A DNA stretch of 64,000 nucleotides from Eledone cirrhosa (GCA_964016885.1 OZ024743.1:254014001-254078000), one strand, 5' to 3'; shown: positions 39,710 through 51,052, counted from the first letter of the stretch. Program-made: numbers and translations. Notes: generated by a model not told the origin, from the letters alone.

Positions 39710-42700
39710 AGTAAAATAACGTGGGAGAAATCTAAGAAACAGAACAGAAATCGTGAAAGAAACAAACACATGGTCAATTTCTGCTCAAAAGCTGTCTCCT
39801 GGGGATCATTAAATTTTCAGATGCTCTCTCTCTCTCTCTCACGATATCTCACACTTCTCACACATGACGATATCTCACACTTCTCACGTCTCACAGAGGA
39901 ATCTTTTGACAAGGAGAATAACGATCAATCAATTGTACGGAATAAAAGCAGCTACAACCCAACAAAGGGTAGGAACAGAGTTCTGGACAAATTTGTGACC
40001 AGATAGCAACTTTCCCATACCATGAACTACCGCAACCTAAACCCAAGCACAACACGAGTCGAAGAGAATGGGAGATTATCTATGAACTAAAAAACAATAC
40101 TGACATTGTAATTAAGGAGGGGGACAAGGGAAGAACTGTCGTCATTATGGCTGCTGAATAATATAAAAATTCGATGTCCTCTCTCTTACAATACACTAAC
40201 AACTATGAAACAACTATGAAAGAGTAAAAAACTTCCAGCAATCAAAAACGATGACCAGATTAAAAGCATTCATTTGTCGATATCAAGAAGACTTAATTAA
40301 AAAGGAACGCGATTATTTAACACATTTTGAATACAAAATCAGCAACCTTTCAAGACTTCCGAAGATCCACAAGTGTAAAATAATTAACAATGCCTGTAAA
40401 GAATCCACCTCAACCTGCCTGAACACACAATACCCCACTGACCTTAAATTAAGACCAATTGTAGCGGGCCCACCATGTGAAACACACAGACTAAGCAACT
40501 TTATAGACTTACTACTAAAACCAATTCTCAAACACATACCAAGCCTTGTAAGAGACGATCTGGACCTCTTAAACCATCTCCCCAAACATGTCAACAACGA
40601 CACTATTATTGTTTCTTTCGATGTAGTGAATCTCTACACAACGATCCCACACCAAAATGGGCTAGAAGCAATAGGATTCTGGCTAGAAAATATCTCAATG
40701 AGATACCTGACAGTATAGAAAAAAGCTTCATCACCGAGGGATTAACATTTATTTCACAGAACAACTTTTTTGATTTCGATGGCAGCACTTACAAGCAAAT
40801 ATCTGGGACTGCGATGGGTACAAAAGTCACTCCAACTTATGCTAACTTAGTCATGGCATACTTGGAAGTCCAGATATATGAACACACCAAATCAAAATAC
40901 GGATTGAACTTCCACAAATATTTATCAGAGAATTGGAAACGCTACTTCGATGATTGTCTTGTTCTGTGGTCTCACACACTCGACCAACTAAATGATTTCA
41001 AAAATTTAATTAACGGCATCAATAACCACATCCAATTTACAATGGAATACAGCCAAGATCAACTCCCATTTCTAGACATCTTAATCATAAAAAGACACAA
41101 ATATTGAAACTGACATAAACTACAAACCAACAGATTCCAAACAATACCTGCAACCATCCAAAGCACACGAAGACGAACATCCCTTTTAACCTAGCAAGAA
41201 GAATTTGCACAATTGTTTCCAATTATAAAACGCGAAATAAAAGACTTCAGGAATTAAAAGCAATTCTGCTCGAAAGACAGTACCCACCATTACTAATAAA
41301 TAATGGAATAGAAAGGGCTAAAGCAATAGGCATTGATGAATTACGAAAACAGAAACAAATTCAAGGTACGTCCAATATTCTATCATATATCTCAACACAC
41401 AACCCAAGAAATGCGGAAGCTTACAACATTATTCACAAGAACATCCCACTATTGAAACAAGACCCAATAATGAAAAAAGCCCTTGAAACACAAAATAATC
41501 GAAAGCAAAATAATCGAAATCACTAAAAACATTACTCACCAATGCCAAATTACCTACCACAAACCCACAACCAACTGTCAAAAAATGTGGTCGCTCTAAT
41601 TGTCGAACCTGCACTCACCTCATTGAAGGCAACATGTATACATTTCAATCAGGACAACATTTTGTTTTAAAAATTCACTTCACTTGCTCATCAAAAAATT
41701 TAGTTTGTGTCATTAAATGTAAAGGATGCAATGAAGATTATATAGGACAAACTGAACTCACACTCAGAAACAGAATGACAATTCATCGCCAACAATTACG
41801 AGACCCTACCACAAGACAGATACTACTCAGTGCACATCTAGACATATGCGCAAGTAATAAGACACCCACATTCCAAGTCTTCCCATTTTATCTTTGCGCT
41901 GACAATACAACAGAACAAATAAGAATAAATAAGGAAAATATGTTTATTCAAAAATATAAACCAGCATTAAATATAGTTTAATATACATTATGTCAACACC
42001 ATAACATGCTAACCATCCAAATAGACACATACACACACACACACACACACATAACACATTATATATTCGAAAATGAAAACCAGAGCTTAATAAACCTTAA
42101 CATACGTTAATACTCTAACACCTTAATATACTAACCATATCCCCACACGCACATAACTCACTCCCCATTTCTACTAACAGAATCATTTTCCTACACACAC
42201 ACACAAATATATATTCTCTCCATCTTATCATGCTAACCATATTCCCACACACATACACACACACACACACACATAACTCCCTCCCCCATTTCTACTAATG
42301 TAATTATACCCCCCCCCCCCCACACACACACACACCAACACACAAATAAAACTACATATCTCTACTTTCTTTATTTCAATAGAAAGTCTGAATGTTGACA
42401 CCTCAGCACATCAGCCGTACTCACTGAACCAGAACAATTCTCCCCATCCCTTTTTTCTTGACAATTATCTTTTGTTTGACACAAAATTCTCTAAATGACT
42501 ACAAAAAATCCCCAAATACGGGCGCGAATTAATGTACTTGTTCACGTGACAGTCATAATTTCATTTATAACCAATCAAATTACATTTATAAAAAAATTGT
42601 TTTGAGCCTCTTTTTACGTAAAAACAAACTCAAACACAAACTGGCGCGAAAGTTGATCTGCTTATTCCCTCATATATGAAAAAACAATCTGAGCGCACGC

Positions 42701-42990
42701 CCCCCCCCCCTTTTTTTTTAAAGCAATTATAATAAGAACTTTGTAACGCCAACTGGCGCGAAAATAATTATACTTATTCATGTGAGTCTTCAACCAACCA
42801 AATTACTTTTCTAAAAATCTAGCATTTCCAGCCACTTTTTTCCATATAGAAAAGAAGTAACATTCGAACACGAACTAGATGCGAGAAAAACCTCCATCTC
42901 AATTCTACAGGACTGCGAAACCGGTAAAGGAACCAAATAAATATTCTTAAAAAGACTCCAGTTGCATTTTCGATTTAATCTTTTTTCCTG
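39710..42990 (+). mobile_element. Neptune-type Penelope-like element, frameshifted
   Basis: KEGDKG, LPKIHK, RPIV, SFDVVNLYT, GTAMGT, RYFDD, LPFLD, CGRSNCRTC linker finger, TCSSKNLV..CKGC..YIGQT (GIY-YIG). Long 3' UTR ending at (TA)n. Confidence 0.9.
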
Positions 42991-43030
42991 ATATATATTT
43001 ATATATATATATATATATATTTATATAGAT

Positions 43031-43110
43031 CTCCCTGATGACGCTATGAAATGCTCAACAGTTCATTACGTAACTGTCTTTATTCCATTGCAGAAACTAA
43101 TTAGTTGGAG
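43031..43110 (+). ncRNA. Type I hammerhead ribozyme
   Basis: CUCC-CUGAUGA-C-[GCUAUG..ACAGUU/AACUGU..CAUUGC]-A-GAAAC UAAUUA GUU-GGAG. Predicted cut after 43106. Confidence 0.75.
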
Positions 43111-43579
43111 TGAAAATTTAAGTAAGTTAATATTTTTTTTATTTTTTTTTTAAATTTTCTTATTTTACGTCTTTTATATTATTGTTCTGCATCCTCCTGC
43201 ATTGAACCACCTAGGTACTATGACATAACCTGTGTATTTGCTGGCATTAGCGTACATCTGTGCGCTTATGTTAGTAGATATATTCAATTATCTATATTTA
43301 TCTCCAAATCACTGATTTGTCGAGCAAACCTGCCAAAACCACTTCTAAATTTTTTGGGGGGGTGTTAGTAGGCTTCTGTCATCTTACCATCCCATTCCTA
43401 CTGACTAGCCTCTGTGTCACGTGATTGATTCTTTAGAATCGGCCATATGACCAGTAGCAGTGAGAATTTTCAGTACCTGGAATCCAGTCCTCGATAGCTG
43501 TTCCATTTACCGAATTATTATTATTTTTATATGAGTCCCCAGTGTCCGCGCATTGCCTGGAGACTTGGCTGAGAATGAT

Positions 43580-43659
43580 CTCCCTGATGACGCAATGAAA
43601 TTCTCAACAGTTCATTACGTAACTGTCTTTATCCCATTGCAGAAACTAATTAGTTGGAG
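43580..43659 (+). ncRNA. Type I hammerhead ribozyme
   Basis: Same fold with a perfect GCAAUG/CAUUGC stem II base. Predicted cut after 43655. Confidence 0.8.
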
Positions 43660-43842
43660 TGAAAATTTAAGTAAGTTAATTTTTTTTTTATTTTTTTTTT
43701 TATTTTCTTATTTTACGTCTTTTATATTATTGTTCTGCATCCTCCTGCATTGAACCACCTAGGTACTATGACATAACCTGTGTATTTGATGGCATTAGCG
43801 TACATCTGTGCGCTTATGTTAGTAGATATATTAAATTATCTA

Positions 43843-43921
<79 letters not shown>

Positions 43922-44822
43922 ACATACATGTACATACACAATGGTCTTCTGTAGCTTTTGTCTCTCAAATTCCACAAGCAAGACAATGATCAATCTTAGG
44001 CTATAGTAGAAGACACTTGCTACTTATGGTGCAAAGCACCAGGACTGAAATCAGGACCACCTAGCTATGAAGTGAATTTCTTGACTATACATATATACTT
44101 TTTATTTTTTATTTTTAATTACCTTGGAATTTCTACAGGTTATATTTATTGCTTTAGCATTTCTGTTATGAATTTTATTCCAACTTCCCAATTAGAAATA
44201 TTAATATAGAGTGATGCTGATGGTAACGTATTGTATCGCAATCAACTATTAAATAACTAAAACATAATAGGATGAACCCGAACAACAGGTACACCAGCAG
44301 GAGCAATAAAAAAAATTAAATATAGATATGGCATTTAATTACTGAATATGGTTAATAAAGATTTATTCTTTTTTTTTTTACTTTTTCATATTGTTTATTT
44401 ATATAAATATAATCAGTACAGAAAAAGGAAAAAAAAAATATGAATAAAACAATGAAAATCAATTTTAAAAAATACTTAAATTAAAATAAAAATACTTTCT
44501 TTTTTAAATATTGATGGGAAGAGAAATTTCCTTGGCATTCTTTAATTATACGAAATGACTTTTTTCCACATTTTCCTACTCATAATTTTTAATCACGTGT
44601 TATATGCGTCATATGAAATTTAATTAAATGTTGCCATAGGAAACTAAATATGTACATTTCAGTTGAAGAATAATGGAAATCAGTGTAATTGGGATCACTA
44701 TGTATATCATAATGTTTATACATATGTACAAGCATACTTACATAATTGAGGACACACATACACACACACACACACACACATTTATGTATATATTTATATA
44801 TATACACATATATATATATATG

Positions 44823-44883
<61 letters not shown>

Positions 44884-44918
44884 GTGTACATATATACGCA
44901 TATGTACATATATATATG

Positions 44919-44950
<32 letters not shown>

Positions 44951-44990
44951 CATATGTACATATATACACATATGTACATATATACACATA

Positions 44991-45041
<51 letters not shown>

Positions 45042-45677
45042 AGGATGAATATAAAATGAAAGTGCTTTTGTTAAAAAAGGAATTTATTAGGTATTGACAT
45101 ATGTTTCTGTAACAGACCGAATACCTATGTATCGCTGCTTGCGTAATCATATAATGTTAGCAAGTATTCGATAGCAAATGTATAATCAGTTGTCACTTCT
45201 TCAGAGATTTTGGATAAACTGGATAAAATCAGAAAAATTGAAGTATTTATATTAGTAAAAGAGGAAGGAACAGAGGGGATAGAATATGACAGATGGTAAA
45301 ATAATTTACTGCTAAACAAGTATATAATGGGTTTTTAATGAGAATACCATGAGTAAATCTAAATAAGAATTTTGGGGGTGCCGATTTTAATCTCTACTTG
45401 ACCAACTGGACAGTGGACAGGGCTGGTCATTTGGTGCAGTAGTATTAATCATAAAGTGTCAATTGGGGAAGGGGGAGATTTCGATTGCTACTAAATAACA
45501 TCAATGCTAGTGGTCAGCTGGTATTTGCACTAGGGAATTGAATCAAAAAATCAGAAATCTCATTTTATCTATAGCAGTTTGTATTAAAAGGTAAATAATA
45601 GAAGAGTTGATAGAATTAAGACTAATAAAGAATGTTCATATCTATTTTGACAATCAAACGGGGATAGAGACAGGCGT

Positions 45678-47996
45678 TCAATCCTGGTAGTATTTATAAT
45701 ATGAAAATGTAGATTTTAAGCGATGGTTACAGTATAACGATCGCTCTATTCTGTTATTTAATAAAATGTTTTTGGATTTCATAATACAAAATAATTCTAC
45801 ATTACATAATCTACAAAATTCCTGTCCATTGGAATATGGGGGGGCAGTCGTTATTATATCCCATTTTAGGTGAAATTGTTGGTTATTTTCACGCAGCTGC
45901 CAAGCCTTGTCTGCGAGTGTTGTTACATAACGCTGGTTTTCATGTTTTATCGAATAACGATGTCTATAAAGGCGTGATTTAAAGGAGGTGGCTGTAGATC
46001 CCACATAGTACCACTTCTGTCTATCCGATTCGATAGTACATTTGTATACGATGTTGCGTTCAAGACACTGGTTGTTCAACGGACACATTCCTGGTTGGAC
46101 ACAGTTGCAATTACAATTTTGCGTTGTTGTATTGCCATGGATGGGTTGATGAGGTTGCTTATGTAGAACAGGATGTTGTTTGTTGTTTTGTGATGTTATA
46201 GCTAATGTTTTACGTGTATTGTTATGTGTTGGAAGGCGTTTATACAACCGTTTTGCGTTAAGCATTTTTATATGTTGTTCAATATTAGGGGCGGTTGAAT
46301 ATGAAAGTCGGATGGTGTTAGGGTTTAAGATTTTATTATATTTATGTGATGTTGGAAAGTGTTTTCTAACTAATCGAAAGAATTTTGAGGGTAGATTGGT
46401 TTTAATAGATTTGTTATAGACCGGGTTGTACCAGATATACTCCTTACATCGCCTTCTGTTTGGTGGTGTGCGACTATTATTGTGTCTATTGCGGTAGTGT
46501 ATGTATGGTGGTGATTCTGTGCTATTTCTACTCCTATGTGATTTATTTTGGGTGTTTTGGTGATCATTGACTATATACTCTATATTATCTAGGTGACCGG
46601 CTTTCCTAAGTGCATCATCATAATACTCGGCATGTTCTTTGAAGGTTTGTTGGTTGGACGATAGGCGGGAGATTCTAAGAGAAACATTTCTAGGGATGGA
46701 TTTAATTATAGAGAGTGGATGGTTAGAACTCGTATTTACATATTTAAGGTTCTCATTTAGTTTATGGAACGGTTTAATCGTATCTGTATTGAGATTGAAA
46801 GTAACATCAAGGAAATTGACCTCTTTGAGGTTATATTCAAATGTAATATTTAATCCTAGTTCTTTAAAAAGTTTTCTGATATTTTTACGCATCCTTTCTA
46901 AATTCTGGTTATTCATATTCTTAACTAATAGGAGCGCATCGTCACGGTAAATTCCACCGTGGAGATCCTTGAATTTTCCTTGTAATCTGTGGGTGATATA
47001 AATTCCCACAAGATCTGTTACCTCCGCCGAATCATTAGAACCCATAGTGATATCAAAATTAGAAGGTCTATCTTTGCGAACCCAGTAGCTATCATCGAAT
47101 TTAACTATAGTTTTTCTCGCTTCCATAATAATTTTAATTTCAGCATCCGTAAGGTCGGAATTATCCTTAGCGAACGAAAGAGCTTCATGTAGAGTATCAG
47201 GTGAAATTGAGGAATAATATTCATCAATATCAAACTGAATAAATTTTGATTTTTTCTTATCAGTAATGTTGTTAAACCATCTTATTGCTTCATGAGTGTT
47301 ACCCCATAGTTTAATCTTTACTTTAACCTTAACTTGGGGGATAATTCTGTCTAGTATATATTTGCTAATTTTACCTATATCAGATTTAGAGGGGCATATA
47401 AGTCTAATATTAGGGTTAGTATCGAAGTTTACCTTGTGGTCCTTCAGGTTGAAGGATGGTATAGCTGGTGTTAAGGGTTGCGTTCTATCGTCAATACAAA
47501 GTTTTTTAACAATATCACATGCCGAGTTGTTGATGTTTTTAAGTGTGGCTTCATTAGTTTTCCTGTATTTTTTATGCAATTCCTTACGGATGAAGTTATT
47601 GTAAGTGTCCACATCCATGGTATATACGTTTGATGTTTTGTCTGCTCTAACAATAACTCCATTGGCGTTTTTTAGATTATTGAGCAGTGCCGTGATGTCA
47701 TTCTGTAGTTTATTGTTCTTACGTTTTGTAAATTTGATCTCCATGATCATATCCATTAGGTCTTGTTCAAATGCATCCAAAAGTGGGTTTGAGGGTGGGT
47801 TCTTGTAAGATTTAAATCCAAATTTATCCTTGTTAAGATCCGATGTTTGGTTTATACGGCTTTTGTCAAAATGGAATGTTTTCCATCTGATTCGTCGAAT
47901 AAAATCATTGGTCCTTCGTATCATACCTAGAATATATTCCCTTTTTGCCTGAATAGGTATGTTTTTTAACGACATATCCAATTGGTGCCTTTCCAT
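45678..47996 (-). CDS. PLE polyprotein (RT, Cys-rich linker, GIY-YIG endonuclease), intact, 772 aa
   Basis: SLKNIP, RRIRW, FGFKS, ADKT, LKDHK, QFDIDEYY, MGS, YRDD, FLD, CNC..CPL...C, IVY..YYVG and CRLC..LLN.R.E..C.H: the motif set I associate with the Naiad clade. Confidence 0.93.
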   Translation of the reverse strand: MERHQLDMSLKNIPIQAKREYILGMIRRTNDFIRRIRWKTFHFDKSRINQTSDLNKDKFGFKSYKNPPSNPLLDAFEQDLMDMIMEIKFTKRKNNKLQNDITALLNNLKNANGVIVRADKTSNVYTMDVDTYNNFIRKELHKKYRKTNEATLKNINNSACDIVKKLCIDDRTQPLTPAIPSFNLKDHKVNFDTNPNIRLICPSKSDIGKISKYILDRIIPQVKVKVKIKLWGNTHEAIRWFNNITDKKKSKFIQFDIDEYYSSISPDTLHEALSFAKDNSDLTDAEIKIIMEARKTIVKFDDSYWVRKDRPSNFDITMGSNDSAEVTDLVGIYITHRLQGKFKDLHGGIYRDDALLLVKNMNNQNLERMRKNIRKLFKELGLNITFEYNLKEVNFLDVTFNLNTDTIKPFHKLNENLKYVNTSSNHPLSIIKSIPRNVSLRISRLSSNQQTFKEHAEYYDDALRKAGHLDNIEYIVNDHQNTQNKSHRSRNSTESPPYIHYRNRHNNSRTPPNRRRCKEYIWYNPVYNKSIKTNLPSKFFRLVRKHFPTSHKYNKILNPNTIRLSYSTAPNIEQHIKMLNAKRLYKRLPTHNNTRKTLAITSQNNKQHPVLHKQPHQPIHGNTTTQNCNCNCVQPGMCPLNNQCLERNIVYKCTIESDRQKWYYVGSTATSFKSRLYRHRYSIKHENQRYVTTLADKAWQLRENNQQFHLKWDIITTAPPYSNGQEFCRLCNVELFCIMKSKNILLNNRIERSLYCNHRLKSTFSYYKYYQD

Positions 47997-48399
47997 TTTA
48001 GAAGCGTATGCTGAATTAGTTGCTCAACTGTATAGGAGATTAATAAAATTTCAGGTTATCAATAATGTAGTGATAATATATCGTTACGTTAGAGATGAAC
48101 AGCGTACGTGCAGGTTTGCTCAACGAGTATAAATTATATTCCGGAGAAATGTAGAAAGGATGAATATAAAATGAAAGTGCTTTTGTTAAAAAAGGAATTT
48201 ATTAGGTATTGACATATGTTTCTGTAACAGACCGAATACCTATGTATCGCTGCTTGCGTAATCATATAATGTTAGCAAGTATTCGATAGCAAATGTATAA
48301 TCAGTTGTCACTTCTCAGAGATTTTGGATAAACTGGATAAAATCAGAAAAATTGAAGTATTTATATTAGTAAAAGAGGAAGGAACAGAGGGGATAGAAT

Positions 48400-50100
48400 A
48401 TGACAGATGGTAAAATAATTTACTGCAAATATATACTAGACAGAATTATCCCCCAAGTTAAGGTTAAACTATGGGGTAACACTCATGAAGCAATAAGATG
48501 GTTTAACAACATTACTGATAAGAAAAAATCAAAATTTATTCAGTTTGATATTGATGAATATTATTCCTCAATTTCACCTGATACTCTACATGAAGCTCTT
48601 TCGTTCGCTAAGGATAATTCCGACCTTACGGATGCTGAAATTAAAATTATTATGGAAGCGAGAAAAACTATAGTTAAATTCGATGATAGCTACTGGGTTC
48701 GCAAAGATAGACCTTCTAATTTTGATATCACTATGGGTTCTAATGATTCGGCGGAGGTAACAGATCTTGTGGGAATTTATATCACCCACAGATTACAAGG
48801 AAAATTCAAGGATCTCCACGGTGGAATTTACCGTGACGATGCGCTCCTATTAGTTAAGAATATGAATAACCAGAATTTAGAAAGGATGCGTAAAAATATC
48901 AGAAAACTTTTTAAAGAACTAGGATTAAATATTACATTTGAATATAACCTCAAAGAGGTCAATTTCCTTGATGTTACTTTCAATCTCAATACAGATACGA
49001 TTAAACCGTTCCATAAACTAAATGAGAACCTTAAATATGTAAATACGAGTTCTAACCATCCACTCTCTATAATTAAATCCATCCCTAGAAATGTTTCTCT
49101 TAGAATCTCCCGCCTATCGTCCAACCAACAAACCTTCAAAGAACATGCCGAGTATTATGATGATGCACTTAGGAAAGCCGGTCACCTAGATAATATAGAG
49201 TATATAGTCAATGATCACCAAAACACCCAAAATAAATCACATAGGAGTAGAAATAGCACAGAATCACCACCATACATACACTACCGCAATAGACACAATA
49301 ATAGTCGCACACCACCAAACAGAAGGCGATGTAAGGAGTATATCTGGTACAACCCGGTCTATAACAAATCTATTAAAACCAATCTACCCTCAAAATTCTT
49401 TCGATTAGTTAGAAAACACTTTCCAACAATACATAAATATAATAAAATCTTAAACCCTAACACCATCCGACTTTCATATTCAACCGCCCCTAATATTGAA
49501 CAACATATAAAAATGCTTAACGCAAAACGGTTGTATAAACGCCTTCCAACACATAACAATACACGTAAAACATTAGCTATAACATCACAAAACAACAAAC
49601 AACATCCTGTTCTACATAAGCAACCTCATCAACCCATCCATGGCAATACAACAACGCAAAATTGTAATTGCAACTGTGTCCAACCAGGAATGTGTCCGTT
49701 GAACAACCAGTGTCTTGAACGCAACATCGTATACAAATGTACTATCGAATCGGATAGACAGAAGTGGTACTATGTGGGATCTACAGCCACCTCCTTTAAA
49801 TCACGCCTTTATAGACATCGTTATTCGATAAAACATGAAAACCAGCGTTATGTAACAACACTCGCAGACAAGGCTTGGCAGCTGCGTGAAAATAACCAAC
49901 AATTTCACCTAAAATGGGATATAATAACGACTGCCCCCCCATATTCCAATGGACAGGAATTTTGTAGATTATGTAATGTAGAATTATTTTGTATTATGAA
50001 ATCCAAAAACATTTTATTAAATAACAGAATAGAGCGATCGTTATACTGTAACCATCGCTTAAAATCTACATTTTCATATTATAAATACTACCAGGATTGA
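48400..50100 (+). CDS. 5'-truncated inverted copy of the same PLE ORF, 566 aa; first 9 codons come from antisense pseudo-LTR
   Basis: Identical to the 772-aa ORF from KYILDR onward except for a 4-aa deletion and S>I. Junction GC at 48425-48426. Confidence 0.8.
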   Translation: MTDGKIIYCKYILDRIIPQVKVKLWGNTHEAIRWFNNITDKKKSKFIQFDIDEYYSSISPDTLHEALSFAKDNSDLTDAEIKIIMEARKTIVKFDDSYWVRKDRPSNFDITMGSNDSAEVTDLVGIYITHRLQGKFKDLHGGIYRDDALLLVKNMNNQNLERMRKNIRKLFKELGLNITFEYNLKEVNFLDVTFNLNTDTIKPFHKLNENLKYVNTSSNHPLSIIKSIPRNVSLRISRLSSNQQTFKEHAEYYDDALRKAGHLDNIEYIVNDHQNTQNKSHRSRNSTESPPYIHYRNRHNNSRTPPNRRRCKEYIWYNPVYNKSIKTNLPSKFFRLVRKHFPTIHKYNKILNPNTIRLSYSTAPNIEQHIKMLNAKRLYKRLPTHNNTRKTLAITSQNNKQHPVLHKQPHQPIHGNTTTQNCNCNCVQPGMCPLNNQCLERNIVYKCTIESDRQKWYYVGSTATSFKSRLYRHRYSIKHENQRYVTTLADKAWQLRENNQQFHLKWDIITTAPPYSNGQEFCRLCNVELFCIMKSKNILLNNRIERSLYCNHRLKSTFSYYKYYQD

Positions 50101-50573
50101 ACGCCTGTCTCTATCCCCGTTTGATTGTCAAAATAGATATGAACATTCTTTATTAGTCTTAATTCTATCAACTCTTCTATTATTTACCTTTTAATAAAAA
50201 CTGCTATAGATAAAATGAGATTTCTGATTTTTTGATTCAATTCCCTAGTGCAAATACCAGCTGACCACTAGCATTGATGTTATTTAGTAGCAATCGAAAT
50301 CTCCCCCTTCCCCAATTGACACTTTATGATTAATACTACTGCACCAAATGACCAGCCCTGTCCACTGTCCAGTTGGTCAAGTAGAGATTAAAATCGGCAC
50401 CCCCAAAATTCTTATTTAGATTTACTCATGGTATTCTCATTAAAAACCCATTATATACTTGTTTAGCAGTAAATTATTTTACCATCTGTCATATTCTATC
50501 CCCTCTGTTCCTTCCTCTTTTACTAATATAAATACTTCAATTTTTCTGATTTTATCCAGTTTATCCAAAATCT

Positions 50574-50690
50574 CTGAAGAAGTGACAACTGATTATACAT
50601 TTGCTATCGAATACTTGCTAACATTATATGATTACGCAAGCAGCGATACATAGGTATTCGGTCTGTTACAGAAACATATGTCAATACCTA
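50574..50690 (+). ncRNA. Hammerhead-like motif with ~90-nt stem II in the Naiad pseudo-LTR (minus-strand copies at 45096-45204 and 48211-48318)
   Basis: CUGAAGA-A-[GUGACA/UGUUAC, ACUGA/UCGGU, UAUCG/CGAUA, CUUGC/GCAAG]-A-GAAAC AUAU GUC. Stem I is weak. Confidence 0.6.
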
Positions 50691-50814
50691 ATAAATTCTC
50701 TAACGTATATTATCACTACATTATTGATAACCTGAAATTTTATATATATATATATATATATATACATATATATATGTACACACACACACACACACACATA
50801 CATATATATATGAA

Positions 50815-51052
50815 GGCGCATGGCTTAGCGGTTAAAGCATTGGGCTTGCAATCGAAAGGTTGCGAGTTCAATTCTCCGACCTGGTGACACTTTATTTCAC
50901 GTTGCTCCAGTTTACTCAGCTGAGGAAATGAGTACTGGCCTGCCCGCCCAGCCAGTGGGATGGCGTTATCTTATGGTTGAAACAGCACGACGTGTTGTGA
51001 CCAGCGGCGCCGATTGGCGCCCGACAGACTGGTCGGTCAAGGTCAAGGTGAT
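50815..51052 (+). mobile_element. SINE family B (tRNA head, CORE-like body, GGTCAAGGTGAT tail)
   Basis: A box TGGCTTAGCGG, B box GAGTTCAATTCTC, core CACTTTATTTCACGTTGCTCCAGTTTACTCAGCTG. Confidence 0.85.

Larger units (their letters stand above)
43028..43843 (+). mobile_element. Non-coding HHR-bearing partial tandem (non-autonomous PLE or retrozyme-like)
   Basis: ~268-bp direct repeats at 43028-43295 and 43577-43843, period 549, each starting with an HHR. (TA)n on both flanks. Confidence 0.85.
45037..50742. mobile_element. Young Naiad-type PLE insertion: full-length minus copy with two pseudo-LTRs plus an inverted 5'-truncated plus copy
   Basis: Direct repeats 45037-45312 and 48152-48426. 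Inverted arms 45080-47365 and 48425-50698 are almost identical. (TA)n on both flanks. Confidence 0.95.

Noticed and set aside
42905-42945. GCGAAACCGGTA at the Neptune 3' end as a hammerhead
   Set aside because: The 3' half with palindromic ACCGGT is present, but there is no CUGANGA upstream.
49660-50130. Selenoprotein-coding Naiad (in-frame UGA in the Cys-rich linker)
   Set aside because: The linker uses ordinary Cys codons (CNCNC..CPL..C). The only UGA is the terminal stop, and read-through would meet another UGA 8 codons later.
50815-50885. Functional tRNA gene
   Set aside because: The cloverleaf is imperfect, there is no poly-T terminator, and it runs into a multi-copy SINE body.
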